From contig JBBRMM010000004.1 in NCBI GenBank assembly GCA_038230835.1, positions 157,972 through 221,971 on the forward strand: 64,000 nucleotides of DNA. Reading direction: 5' to 3'. The notes below the pieces were generated by a model. That model searched no databases and had not been told where the DNA came from. It saw only the letters and a list, made by a program, of their open reading frames with translations. Below, in pieces: positions 37,376 to 46,700 of the stretch (the first letter of the stretch is position 1; each line of letters starts with the position of its first letter). The stretch is from Gaiellales bacterium (GTDB taxonomy: Bacteria > Actinomycetota > Thermoleophilia > Gaiellales > JAICJC01). The position numbers and the translations under genes were made by a program.

Positions 37376-38206
37376 CTAACGATGGGCCGGCTCGCCCGGG
37401 CGTCGAAGACCCCGCGCCTCCATCCAATCCCGAAGCGGCACATCCTCGTCGGCCGGCTGCCAGTGACCGGTCGGTCCCGCTGCGCCGCCCAGCAGCTGGC
37501 GGCGCAGCGGGCTCAAGCGTCGCGCGAGGAGGGGCTGACCGCTCAGCACCTCCTCGCGCGGACGCACCCACCGGTAGGTGTAGGACAGGAAGAGCACCCT
37601 GCGGGTGAACGGCGAGCGGTTGTCGTCGGCGGCATGCCACAGCCGGCGATCGAACACCATCGCGGTGCCCGGCGCGGCCAGGATGGGTCGCGCGCCCGGC
37701 GGGTGCTCGAACCGCTCGCCGGGTGCAGGCCGAGCGAGGGTGTTCGCCCGCTGGCTGCCGGGGAGCACGAGCATGTTGCCGCGGCCGGGTGCGGTCAGGT
37801 CGGTCAGAAACACCGCGACCTTGACCGACAGGCGCGGCCGGGTCGGCTCCGCACCGAGCTCCAGGTTCTGGCGCAGGCCGTCCTGGTGCCAGCGCCATCG
37901 CGGGGCCGCTGGGAGCCGGGGCGGGTTGACGTCCAGGTGGCTGTGGTAGACGTAGATGTTCCAGCCCAACGCCGCGCTCACAACGGTCAGCGTCGCCGGC
38001 AGGTCGACCAGCTCCGCAAACGCCGCGTCGCGATTGAGGAAGCCGAGCAGGTGAAGCTCGCCGCCGCCCTCATCGGCGTGCACCCGGTCGCAGGCGGCGA
38101 CCAGCCGCTCGAGCAGCGCGGGCGACACCGCCCCCGGCAGCAGCGCGTAGCCATCACGCTCGAAGACGTCCGGGGGACTGCATGCGACCGTGGAGGCGGT
38201 GCTCAC
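37376..38206 (-). CDS. phytanoyl-CoA dioxygenase (PhyH) family Fe(II)/2-oxoglutarate oxygenase
   Basis: 276 aa. WHQD...HAADDNRS-type facial triad context and typical PhyH length and order. Confidence 0.75.
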   Translation of the reverse strand: MSTASTVACSPPDVFERDGYALLPGAVSPALLERLVAACDRVHADEGGGELHLLGFLNRDAAFAELVDLPATLTVVSAALGWNIYVYHSHLDVNPPRLPAAPRWRWHQDGLRQNLELGAEPTRPRLSVKVAVFLTDLTAPGRGNMLVLPGSQRANTLARPAPGERFEHPPGARPILAAPGTAMVFDRRLWHAADDNRSPFTRRVLFLSYTYRWVRPREEVLSGQPLLARRLSPLRRQLLGGAAGPTGHWQPADEDVPLRDWMEARGLRRPGEPAHR

Positions 38207-38247
38207 CCAGGCAGTACGCCTCCGCCCGGCTCACGCGTCCTTCGCGG

Positions 38248-38541
38248 TCACTGCTCGGGCAGCTCGCCGGGCTCCTCTGCGTACAGCACGTGCGCGCCCA
38301 TCCGTCCCACCCGCGGGATCGCCTCCAGCTCGCCGGGATAGCTGTAGTAGATGCGCTGCGCGGTGCCCGAGACCGCGAAGGCCTGGTCCATCTCGAGCAC
38401 GACGCTGCGGCCCCGCACGCGCAGGACCGTGCCGGTGGCACCGGAGGTACGAAGGCGCACGCGATCACCGGGCTCGAGCCCCGGATCCGCTGGCGGACGG
38501 GGCTTGAGGTACGAACGGTCTGGTCGTTTGAAGAGGGCCAC
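38248..38541 (-). CDS. hypothetical protein (97 aa)
   Basis: GTG 38541 lies directly after the upstream stop (38543). In frame with track ORF 38248..38622. Confidence 0.4.
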   Translation of the reverse strand: MALFKRPDRSYLKPRPPADPGLEPGDRVRLRTSGATGTVLRVRGRSVVLEMDQAFAVSGTAQRIYYSYPGELEAIPRVGRMGAHVLYAEEPGELPEQ

Positions 38542-38542
38542 G

Positions 38543-39295
38543 CTACTCACCGTTGGGGAAGGCGAAGCTCTTGTCGGGTGTGAACCCTGCAGGTGGCTGT
38601 CCCACGACCATCGTGACCACATCGTGCTTCACCAATTTGGTGTTCAGCCCGTCCGCGTCCGGCTTGCCGTTGATCCAGATCTTGACTCGGTCACAGTAGC
38701 CACCCAGGCATTGCGGAGTCGCCTGCACGCCCCACACGTCGAAGAACTCGAGCAGCGTCCCCTGGAACCCGGGATTGGGCGACTCGATGTGGAGGATGCC
38801 GGGGACGGGGTCGGTGTTGCGGTCGTGGGTGTGGATCTCCGACGTCGCGGTCGAGCTCATGCCGCCGGCGGCGGCGAGGCCGATGTTGTCCGGCACGACG
38901 ATCTTCTTGCCGTCCACGTAGATCGTGAGGTGCACGTGGTAGTGGACGGCCGACTGCGTTTCGGCGCTCGGCTTCAGGCCGAGCGCCGTCAGTGCGCACT
39001 GCAGATTGTCGTAGTTGGCCGGCCAGGTGGGCTCGGACGCCGGGTCGAGCTTCTGGGTCGACAACCGCTGCTGCACGCAGGCCGCGTTCTGGCCGCCGCT
39101 GTTGCCGCCGCCGCGGGTGATCAGTACGACCGCGATCACCACCGCCGCGATCAGCACCGAGCCGGACACGAGCCAGGCCCAGGCAGGGATCCCGCCGCCC
39201 TTTGGGCGCGCGGGGGCGATCCCCTCGCCGGAGCCCAGCCGGCGAGCGCGCTTTTCGTTGGTCACCTGTTTCTTGGACTTGCTCACCGGCCGCAA
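38543..39295 (-). CDS. membrane-anchored hypothetical protein (250 aa)
   Basis: Basic N-terminus, a single TM (AWAWLVSGSVLIAAVVIAVVLI) and an extracytoplasmic domain with Cys pairs and an HYHVH/HTHD His-rich motif. Confidence 0.6.
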   Translation of the reverse strand: MRPVSKSKKQVTNEKRARRLGSGEGIAPARPKGGGIPAWAWLVSGSVLIAAVVIAVVLITRGGGNSGGQNAACVQQRLSTQKLDPASEPTWPANYDNLQCALTALGLKPSAETQSAVHYHVHLTIYVDGKKIVVPDNIGLAAAGGMSSTATSEIHTHDRNTDPVPGILHIESPNPGFQGTLLEFFDVWGVQATPQCLGGYCDRVKIWINGKPDADGLNTKLVKHDVVTMVVGQPPAGFTPDKSFAFPNGE

Positions 39296-39324
39296 ACTGT
39301 AGCGATCCGGGCGAACGGCACGGA

Positions 39325-40003
39325 TCAGCCGCCCTGCCCCGGCTCGATCCGGTAACGGCGGACCGAGGGCTGCAGCAGGTCGGGGTAGCCGTCAGCGGCG
39401 AACGCCAAGAAGGTGCTCTCGAAGCCGGCGACTGAGAGCGGCCACGGTTCGATCGACACCGAGCCGCCGGGGCGCACCTCGAAGCACACCTCGACGGCAT
39501 CCTCGGACGCCGCAGGATGGACGCTCACCGCCCCCCGCGTAGTGCGCATCGAAGGACAGCGCGAAGCTGATCCGGTCGCACAGATCGGTGATGGCGTCCG
39601 CGCGCGCAAAGCGCCACTGCGCCCACTCGCAGGCGGCCTGCTGGGCGGCGATCTCGGCGTCCAGGTCTGCCGCCAGCGCCGCCTCGAGCGGTCCGGCCAC
39701 CGCATCGGTCAGGCGGCGCAGGTGCAGATTCACGACCAGGTCGAGCACCGGGTCGTCGGTCTGGCGGCCGATCCCACGCCGGGTGACGGCGCACCAGCGC
39801 TCCGCGCCCATCGCCAGCAGCTGATCGGAGTCGAACAGGCCGTAGGCGCGGTCGTGCTGGTCGACCCCGGCCAGGAACGATCCCGCCGGCAGCGGGGCCG
39901 GCTGGAACCGGTCGTTACCCCACAGGGCGGCGATCACCCCCGACACACGGGCGTGCTCGTGCTGGGGCACGATCAGGCCGCGATCACTCACCATCCGAAA
40001 CAT
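39325..40003 (-). pseudogene. DUF3891-like gene split by a frameshift at a C6/G6 run
   Basis: Frame A from ATG 40003 (MFRMVSDRGLIVPQHEHARVSGVIAALWG...) turns into Arg-rich junk after ...FDAHYAGG. Frame B (ORF 39325..39705) becomes protein-like from AVSVHPAASEDAVEVCFEVRPGG. The switch coincides with cccccc at 39531-39536. Confidence 0.5.
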
Positions 40004-40016
40004 CGGCCTCAATCCT

Positions 40017-40436
40017 ATGGTCAGTAGACTGTCGGGCGCGATGTGGACGCTCGTCCGGTTCCTGCACCTGACCGCCGCCGCCGTCTGGGTCGGCCTCCAG
40101 GCCGCCCTGTTCCTGTTCGTGCCGCTGCTTCGCCGGGCGCTGCCGCCCGAGCAGGTGCGCCCGATCGTGCGCGGGATCGGCAAACGGCTGGCGCTGGTGT
40201 CGGCCGTGGCGGTGCCCATGCTGCTCGCCACCGGAGCCGCCCTGGCGGCGCACGAGGTGCCGAGCTCCAGGTCGGGATGGGTGATCGCCAAGGTTGCGAT
40301 CCTGGTCGCGGTCGCCGCCCTGCTCGGCGGCCACGCGCTGGCTCGCACGCCGCGGCAGCGGATCGCCGCATCGGCACTGATGCTCGTGCTCAGCCTGGTC
40401 GCGATCGCCGTCGGCGCGTATCTGGCGGAAGCATGA
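40017..40436 (+). CDS. integral membrane protein (139 aa, about 4 TM)
   Basis: The hydrophobic helices start WTLVRFLHLTAAAVWVGLQAALF. No family assigned with confidence. Confidence 0.6.
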   Translation: MVSRLSGAMWTLVRFLHLTAAAVWVGLQAALFLFVPLLRRALPPEQVRPIVRGIGKRLALVSAVAVPMLLATGAALAAHEVPSSRSGWVIAKVAILVAVAALLGGHALARTPRQRIAASALMLVLSLVAIAVGAYLAEA

Positions 40437-40594
40437 CCCCGACCGACCCGCCCCAGCCGGTCGCCTTCTGCCCGTACTGCGGGCAGGCGCTGGGGTGGTT
40501 CTTCGGCGCCAGGGTGGACGATGACGCGGTCGTCTGCGACCGCTGCGGGGAATGTTTCCGGGTAACGCGCGTTGAAATTGATGAGACTGACTAA
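40433..40594 (+). CDS. small zinc-ribbon protein (53 aa)
   Basis: ATG 40433 overlaps the upstream TGA (ATGA). CPYCG...CDRCG. Confidence 0.45.
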   Translation: MTPTDPPQPVAFCPYCGQALGWFFGARVDDDAVVCDRCGECFRVTRVEIDETD

Positions 40595-40630
40595 CGTTCC
40601 ACTACCTCTGAACGACGTGACTGGAGAGCG

Positions 40631-41590
40631 ATGAGCGACATCCGAGACGTGATCATCATCGGCGGAGGGCCGGCCGGGTACACCGCCGCCCTGTACGCCG
40701 CGCGCGCCAACCTGCACCCGCTGGTGTTCGAGGGGTTCGCGTTCGGCGGGCAGCTGATGATCACCTCGGACGTCGAGAACTACCCCGGATTCGTCGACGG
40801 CGTGATGGGGCCCGAGCTGATGGCCACCATGCGCAGCCAGGCCGAGCGCTTCGGCGCCGAGCTGGTGTCCGACGACGTCACCCGGGTTGACTTCTCCTCG
40901 CAGCCGCTGCGCGTGTACCTGGGCGACGAGGAGCACCGCGCGCGCTCGGTGATCATCGCCACCGGAGCCACCGCCCGCCAGCTGGGCCTCGACAGCGAGC
41001 GGGCGTTTCAGGGACGCGGCGTCAGCTACTGCGCGGTGTGCGATGCGGCCTTCTTCCGCGACCAGGACGTGGTTGTGGTGGGCGGCGGCGACTCCGCCTT
41101 CGAGGAGGCGAGCTTCCTGGCCAAATTCGCCCGCAAGGTGACGCTGGTGCATCGACGAGAAGAGTTCCGTGCGTCGAAGATCATGATCGACTACGCCCGC
41201 TCCAAGGAGAACCTGGAGCTGGTCACGAACGCGGTCGTGACCGACGTGATCGGGGCCGACGGCGGGAAGGTGACCGGCGTTCGGCTGACCGACACCGTCA
41301 CCGGCGAGTCGAGCGAGATGGCCGCCGACGGGCTCTTCGTGGCGATCGGCCACGACCCGGCGACCGGCCTCTTCAAGGACATCCTGGACATGGACGACGA
41401 GGGCTACCTGCTGGTGAAGCAGGGCTCGACAGCGACCAACATCGAGGGCGTGTTCGCCGGCGGCGACGTGGTCGACCACATCTACCGGCAGGCCGTGACC
41501 GCCGCCGGCATGGGTTGTATGGCGGCTCTGGATGCCGAGCGCTGGTTGTCGCACGCGCAGGCGCCGCCGGCCGCCGAAGCGGCCGCCTGA
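40631..41590 (+). CDS. trxB: thioredoxin-disulfide reductase
   Basis: VIIIGGGPAGYTAALYAARA FAD motif, redox-active CAVCD and a second Rossmann motif VVVVGGGDSA. Confidence 0.95.
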   Translation: MSDIRDVIIIGGGPAGYTAALYAARANLHPLVFEGFAFGGQLMITSDVENYPGFVDGVMGPELMATMRSQAERFGAELVSDDVTRVDFSSQPLRVYLGDEEHRARSVIIATGATARQLGLDSERAFQGRGVSYCAVCDAAFFRDQDVVVVGGGDSAFEEASFLAKFARKVTLVHRREEFRASKIMIDYARSKENLELVTNAVVTDVIGADGGKVTGVRLTDTVTGESSEMAADGLFVAIGHDPATGLFKDILDMDDEGYLLVKQGSTATNIEGVFAGGDVVDHIYRQAVTAAGMGCMAALDAERWLSHAQAPPAAEAAA

Positions 41591-41623
41591 CCGGTCCGGA
41601 GGCACACGGTACCGGCGCCCGCC

Positions 41624-42109
41624 TTGGCTACTCTGAGAGGCATGCGCTACTTCATCTGCCCCAACTGCCGCACCAGGGCGCTGGACGACGACGGCAAAGC
41701 CGGGTTGACCCATCAGCCTGTCGGCTGTGCGCGCTGCGGCTTCGGTTACCTGTTCGAGATCCTCGAGGACTACTACCCGCCGGCCGGCGCCGGGCTGATC
41801 ACCTGCGACCGTGACGGCCGGGTGCTCTCGTGCGGGCGGGGCGTGTTCGAGCTGACCGGGTACTCCGAGCGCGACGTGATGGGCAAGCCGCTGGCCGAGG
41901 CGTTCGGGCTGCGGGGCACGGCCGCCGACCAGGACCCGATCCCGGTGGTGCTCGAGTGGGGCGTCCGCAAGCTCGACCAGCACATGGTGATGCGCCACCG
42001 CTCGGGCATCGAAAAGCGGATCCGCGTCGACCTCTTCCCCGCCTACGACGACGACGGCGGGCTGCTGGCGTCGCTGGCGTTCGACAACGTCTCCTCGACC
42101 AGAGCCTGA
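41624..42109 (+). CDS. zinc-ribbon + PAS domain protein
   Basis: CPNC...CARCG followed by a PAS-like core (ITCDRDGRVLSCGRGVFELTGYSERDVMGKPL). The start is TTG 41624 or ATG 41642. Confidence 0.6.
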   Translation: MATLRGMRYFICPNCRTRALDDDGKAGLTHQPVGCARCGFGYLFEILEDYYPPAGAGLITCDRDGRVLSCGRGVFELTGYSERDVMGKPLAEAFGLRGTAADQDPIPVVLEWGVRKLDQHMVMRHRSGIEKRIRVDLFPAYDDDGGLLASLAFDNVSSTRA

Positions 42110-42357
42110 AACCGCTCGACAACCGCGAGCTGCCGCAGCCGCCGCTCGAGCAGTCGCCGCTCCGCGTCCTCGTCGGCACCGGTGAGCACACCCAAGGCGT
42201 CCAGCACGGCCGCGTCACGCGCACCAAGCCGCCCGCGCGCGTCGCGCTCGAAGCGCGCCCACGCGATCCGCGTGCGGGCGCCGTCCAGATCGTCGCGCAG
42301 CCGCTCGGCGCTGCGCGAGAGCCGGTCGGCGTACAACTCGAGTTCGATGCGTCCCAT
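42043..42357 (-). CDS. hypothetical helical protein (104 aa)
   Basis: ORF 42043..42480 read from M42. Its 3' end overlaps the convergent PAS gene by 67 nt. Support is weak. Confidence 0.35.
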   Translation of the reverse strand: MGRIELELYADRLSRSAERLRDDLDGARTRIAWARFERDARGRLGARDAAVLDALGVLTGADEDAERRLLERRLRQLAVVERFQALVEETLSNASDASSPPSSS

Positions 42358-42500
42358 GCCGCCAGCATGCCGGCCGACCCCGTCACGGCACAAGACGTGC
42401 GGTGTGCCGGGAGTGTCCCGAAACTGGAGCGCGTGTTGCCGCCCCGACCGAGGTGCAGTAGCCTTGTGCACTCGTACCATCCGCTACCAGGAGGCAGGCT

Positions 42501-42809
42501 ATGCACACGAGCATCCGCCGCTACCGCATCGATGTCGGCTCGGCCGACGAGGTGAAGCGCATGGCGATCGAGCACTTCGTGCCCAAGCTGCGCAGGGAGC
42601 CGGGATTCGTCAGCTACCAGATGCTGCACTCGGACGACGGCTCGATCACGTCGATCACGAGCTTCGCCGACGCGGAGGCCGCCGAGCGATCCAGCGAACT
42701 TGCCGCCGAGTTCGTGCGCGAGCGCCTCGGCCATCTGCACATCACCCGCACCGAGGTCATCGGCGGCGAGGCGCTGGTCAACGAGACCGGTTCGATGACG
42801 CACGCCTAG
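42501..42809 (+). CDS. antibiotic biosynthesis monooxygenase (ABM) fold protein
   Basis: AGGAGG RBS. 102 aa ferredoxin-like ABM pattern (GFVSYQML...SITSFADAEAA). Confidence 0.7.
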   Translation: MHTSIRRYRIDVGSADEVKRMAIEHFVPKLRREPGFVSYQMLHSDDGSITSITSFADAEAAERSSELAAEFVRERLGHLHITRTEVIGGEALVNETGSMTHA

Positions 42810-43455
42810 AGGGGACGAGGATCGCCGACGGGCACAGATCGGCGACCGGGCACTCGCCACAGCGAGGTCGACGCGCGTCGCACACCCGGCGGCCGTGGAA
42901 GATCAAAACGTCGGTCACCTCCAGCCAGCGCTCGCGCGGGTACAGGCCCATCAGCACCCGCTCGACCTTGACCGGGTCGGTGTGACGGGTCAGCCGCAGA
43001 CGGCGCGCGAGTCGGCCCACGTGCGTATCGACCGCGATCCCCTCACGCCGGCCATAGGCGTTTGACGAGACGACGGCGGCGGTCTTGCGGCCGACGCCGG
43101 GCAGCGTCACCAGATCCGCCATCGACTCGGGCACGCGCCCCTCGAAGCGCTCCATGATAACCGCGCAACAGCCGAGCACCGCGGCGGTCTTCTGGCGAAA
43201 GAATCCGGTCGACCGGATCAGTTCCTCGAGCTGCGCCTCGCCCAGCGCGAGATAGTCGGCCGCCGTGCGGCAGCGCCGAAAGAGCACGGCTGTCACCAGG
43301 TTGACCCGCTCGTCGGTGCACTGCGCCGAGAGGATGGTCGCCACCAGCAGGTCGAGCGGCGTCGAGTAGTCCAGCGCGCAGCGGGCGTCGGGGTGCAGCG
43401 CGGAGAGCCGATCGAGGATCTCCACGGCCCGCTCGCGGCGGGCGGCGCTGCTCAC
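42778..43455 (-). CDS. nth: endonuclease III
   Basis: HhH-GPD (LPGVGRKTAAVV) and a 4Fe-4S cluster loop (CDARRPRCGECPVADLC). GTG 43455 overlaps the addA TGA. Confidence 0.9.
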   Translation of the reverse strand: MSSAARRERAVEILDRLSALHPDARCALDYSTPLDLLVATILSAQCTDERVNLVTAVLFRRCRTAADYLALGEAQLEELIRSTGFFRQKTAAVLGCCAVIMERFEGRVPESMADLVTLPGVGRKTAAVVSSNAYGRREGIAVDTHVGRLARRLRLTRHTDPVKVERVLMGLYPRERWLEVTDVLIFHGRRVCDARRPRCGECPVADLCPSAILVPSRRASSNRSR

Positions 43456-46400
43456 GTGTGGGACTCCAGGCCGGGGCCGGCGCACAGCAGTCCCAGTGCG
43501 GGACACTCCCGGCAGTGCGGCCCCGGCCGGGCGGCGAACCGGCCCGAGCGGATGTCGGCGATCGCGTCTCGCAGCTCCCGCTCGAGGGCTCCCGCCTGCT
43601 CGGCGGTGAACTCGCGTACGGCGATGGCGTCGGGCTGCTCCAGGAACGCGTAGGCGATCTCGACCTTGCGCGCACCCGAACGCAGCGCGGCCAGCGCGTA
43701 GGTGGTGACCTGAACGCCGTAGGACTCGTCCACCAGCTCGTCCGGGTGGCGCTCCCCGAGCCGGTTGGTCTTGTAGTCGACGACCAGCACCGACTCCGGG
43801 TCGGTCCTGACCAGCATGTCCAGCCGGCCGCGGAAGAGCACCCCGGCGATCTCGAACGCGAACCCGACCTCGCGCCGCGCAGCACCGGTCTCGGCCACCC
43901 TGGCTGCCAGGGTCGACGAATGCCAGTTGGCGACGAACCCGGCGATCCGCCCGGCGTCGTCCTCGGTGGCGTTCGGATACAGCCCGCGCCAGCGACCGTC
44001 GGGGCGTTCGAGCTCGAGGTGCACGGCGTCGCCGAGCTCGAGCGGATCCAGGCCCGGCGCTCCGTCGGCGGCGACCCGGTCGGCCTCGGGCAGGCCCAGC
44101 ACCCGCTGGACGAAATAGCGGTAGCCGCAGCGTCGGTAGAGGGCCAGCGCGCTGTAGGAGAGCCGCGCCAGCGCAACCGGCGGCGGTTGCTCCGGCGGCA
44201 CCAGCGGCACCAGCACCTGCGGCATCCGGCCGCCCTCGGCGAACAGGGCGAGCTGGTCGCCGATGCCCTCGCCGAGCTGCGTGCCTGCAGGCGTCGTCGT
44301 CACCGGCGGTGCATCACTCGGGCGGTGGATCCGGACGCGCAGCCGCGCGCCGACACGATCGTGATCACCCTCGTCGTCGAGCCCCAGCCCGAACCCGTCG
44401 CAGATCTCAGCGATGGTCGTCTCGTCGCCGGGAGCCAGCGCGCCGCTGACCACCAGGTGGCGGCGGGCGCGGGTGAGCGCGACGTACTGCAGGCGCCGCC
44501 CTTCCTCGGTCTCGGCACCCGCCTCGGCCGCAGCCACCTCGTCGAACCCCAGAGCACGTCGCATCGACCCGTCCACCGGGTCGGGCACCTTGAGCGCCAC
44601 CCTGCCACCGGCATCGATCAGCAGATCCCGGCTGCGGCGTGCGCCCCGTTCCCGCCCGCAGTCGGCCAGCACCACCACCTCGAACTCGAGCCCCTTGGCG
44701 GCGTGTGTGGTCATGAGCACGATCGCCCCCTGATTCTCCTCCGCCACGGCCGCGTCGCCCTCGCGGGTGGCCAGTGCCGCCTGGTCGTCGCAGAAGCCGA
44801 TGAACCCCTCCAGGTCGGGCCCGCGGAGGGACTCGAAGTCACCCGCCAGCCGCGCCAGCTTGCGCACGTTGGCCATCCGGCGGTCGCCGTCGGGCTGGGC
44901 GAGGCAGGCCAGGTCGTAGTCGTGGTCGGCCACGATCAGGTCGACCAGCCGCTCCAGCCCGACCTCGCCACCGCGCACGGCCAGCCGGGCGAACCGCTGC
45001 GAGAACGCCGCCGCCAGACGGCGCTCGTCCGGCCCCAGGCCCTCCGGCAGCTCGTCCCGCTCGAAGACCGTGAAGATCGGCCGCTTGGGCGCGCCGCGGC
45101 GGATCGCAAGCAGGCCGTCGTTGGAGATGCCGACCAGCGGCGACGCCAGCACCGAGAGCAGGGCGATGTCGTCGTAGCGGTTGCGGAGGAGCCGCAGGTA
45201 GGCCAGCAGGTCGGCCACCTGCTGCTGGGCGTAGTACCCGCGCCCGGTCGTGCGGACGGTGGGCAGGCGACGGGCGCGCAGCGCGGCCTCGAACACCGCG
45301 GCGTCGGTGCCGGCCTCGAACAGGACGACGATCTCGCCGGGGAGCACGTGCTCGGTCTCCACCAGCTCGAGCACGCGGGCGGCGAGCTGCTCGGCCTCCG
45401 CCTCGCGCCAGCTGCGGCCCGCGTCGGGAAATCCCGTTTTGTCGGTCAGCAGCAGCTCGACGTGCCCGTCCGCCGGCGGATCACCGTCGAACGCCTGCTC
45501 CGCCACCAGCGGTGTGTAGCGGTCGCCGAAGGTGGCGGCGAAGAGGGTGTTCACGGCATCCAGCACGTGCGGTCGGGAGCGGTAGTTGCGGGTCAGTGAG
45601 ACGGCCTCGGCACCGGCGGCGGCCCGCCGCTCGCGGTACACCGCGACGTCGGCATGCCGGAAGCGGTAGATCGACTGGAACTCGTCGCCGACCAGGAACA
45701 GCCGCCCGCCGGCGACCTGGTCGATCAGCTCCACCTGCAGCCGGTTGGTGTCCTGGAACTCGTCCACCATCACCTCGGCGAAGCGCTCCCGATAGGCCGC
45801 GGCGAGCTCGGGCGCCCGCTCGAGCAGATCGCGTGCGCGCAGCTCGAGGTCGGCGAAGTCGACCAGTGAGCGGCGATCCTTCAGCTCCTGATACGCGGCG
45901 GAGAACTCGCTCAGCAGACGGTCGAGCAACGCCAGATCGGTCATCGCCGCAGCGTCGCGGGCGGCCTCCTCGAGCGCGTGCCGGGCGGCGTTGTAGGCCT
46001 TGTAGCGATCGGTGTTGCGAACCGCGAAGGCGCTCAGATCGGCCAGTGCAGCGGCATCGGGCTGGGTGTCGATCAGCGCGGCGAGTGCCAGCGCCTCGGG
46101 CTGCTCACCGAGTCCGGCACAGGCGGCGAGGGCCGCCCGCATCGCCCCCGCGATGTCCGGCTCGCGATGCGCCACCAGCCCGACCGCCCGGCCGGCGCTG
46201 CGCAGGCGTTCGAAGGCGTCGCACAGAAGCTCGCGCAGGCGGCGCCGGGAGTAGGCGGCCAGCAGGTCGAGCCGGCGCTCGTCGGCGTCCGCCAGGTAGC
46301 GTTCGAGGGCCAGGTCGAATGCCTCGGACTGGAGCATGCGAGCCTGCACTTCGTCGGCCACCGCGAACCGTGGGTCGAGCCCGGCCTCGATCGCGTTGGC

Positions 46401-46700
46401 TCGCAGAAGGCGTGTACAGAAGGTGTGGATCGTCGAGATCCACGCCGAGTCCACCTGCCGCGACCGCTCGCCGTCCCCGCGCGCGATCAGCGCCTCGCGC
46501 ACCCGCCGGCGAAGCTCCGAGGCGGCGCGGTCGGTGAAGGTGATGACCAGGATCCGGTCGAGCCCGGTGCCGGCGTCGATCCGGCGCAGCACGCGCTCCA
46601 CCAGCACCGCGGTCTTACCGGTGCCGGCGCCGGCTGACACGAAGACGTGACCGTCCCGCTCGATCGCCTCGAGCTGCTCGGGGTTCCAGGGCCGGCTCAC
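43452..46700 (-). CDS. addA: UvrD/AddA-type helicase-nuclease subunit A
   Basis: SAGAGTGKT Walker A, UvrD helicase motifs and a C-terminal PD-(D/E)XK nuclease (VVDYKT). The ORF extends to 46748, but GTG 46700 overlaps the addB TGA. Confidence 0.85.
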   Translation of the reverse strand: MSRPWNPEQLEAIERDGHVFVSAGAGTGKTAVLVERVLRRIDAGTGLDRILVITFTDRAASELRRRVREALIARGDGERSRQVDSAWISTIHTFCTRLLRANAIEAGLDPRFAVADEVQARMLQSEAFDLALERYLADADERRLDLLAAYSRRRLRELLCDAFERLRSAGRAVGLVAHREPDIAGAMRAALAACAGLGEQPEALALAALIDTQPDAAALADLSAFAVRNTDRYKAYNAARHALEEAARDAAAMTDLALLDRLLSEFSAAYQELKDRRSLVDFADLELRARDLLERAPELAAAYRERFAEVMVDEFQDTNRLQVELIDQVAGGRLFLVGDEFQSIYRFRHADVAVYRERRAAAGAEAVSLTRNYRSRPHVLDAVNTLFAATFGDRYTPLVAEQAFDGDPPADGHVELLLTDKTGFPDAGRSWREAEAEQLAARVLELVETEHVLPGEIVVLFEAGTDAAVFEAALRARRLPTVRTTGRGYYAQQQVADLLAYLRLLRNRYDDIALLSVLASPLVGISNDGLLAIRRGAPKRPIFTVFERDELPEGLGPDERRLAAAFSQRFARLAVRGGEVGLERLVDLIVADHDYDLACLAQPDGDRRMANVRKLARLAGDFESLRGPDLEGFIGFCDDQAALATREGDAAVAEENQGAIVLMTTHAAKGLEFEVVVLADCGRERGARRSRDLLIDAGGRVALKVPDPVDGSMRRALGFDEVAAAEAGAETEEGRRLQYVALTRARRHLVVSGALAPGDETTIAEICDGFGLGLDDEGDHDRVGARLRVRIHRPSDAPPVTTTPAGTQLGEGIGDQLALFAEGGRMPQVLVPLVPPEQPPPVALARLSYSALALYRRCGYRYFVQRVLGLPEADRVAADGAPGLDPLELGDAVHLELERPDGRWRGLYPNATEDDAGRIAGFVANWHSSTLAARVAETGAARREVGFAFEIAGVLFRGRLDMLVRTDPESVLVVDYKTNRLGERHPDELVDESYGVQVTTYALAALRSGARKVEIAYAFLEQPDAIAVREFTAEQAGALERELRDAIADIRSGRFAARPGPHCRECPALGLLCAGPGLESHT

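Noticed and set aside
33874-37443. Genomic island or prophage integrated at tRNA-Leu
   Set aside because: No integrase, no duplicated tRNA 3' end and no phage-like genes were seen, and the composition looks like the rest of the window. It is kept only as a low-interest finding.
39392-41998. 868-aa minus-strand ORF, the longest ORF in its region
   Set aside because: Most of it is antisense to the unmistakable trxB gene and the membrane and zinc-ribbon genes, and it is Arg/Gly/Pro-rich GC-frame noise. Only its last 203 codons (from ATG 40003) look like a real gene, and those were used for the DUF3891-like call.
43458-45599. 713-aa plus-strand ORF
   Set aside because: It is antisense to addA, whose helicase and nuclease motifs are clear on the minus strand.
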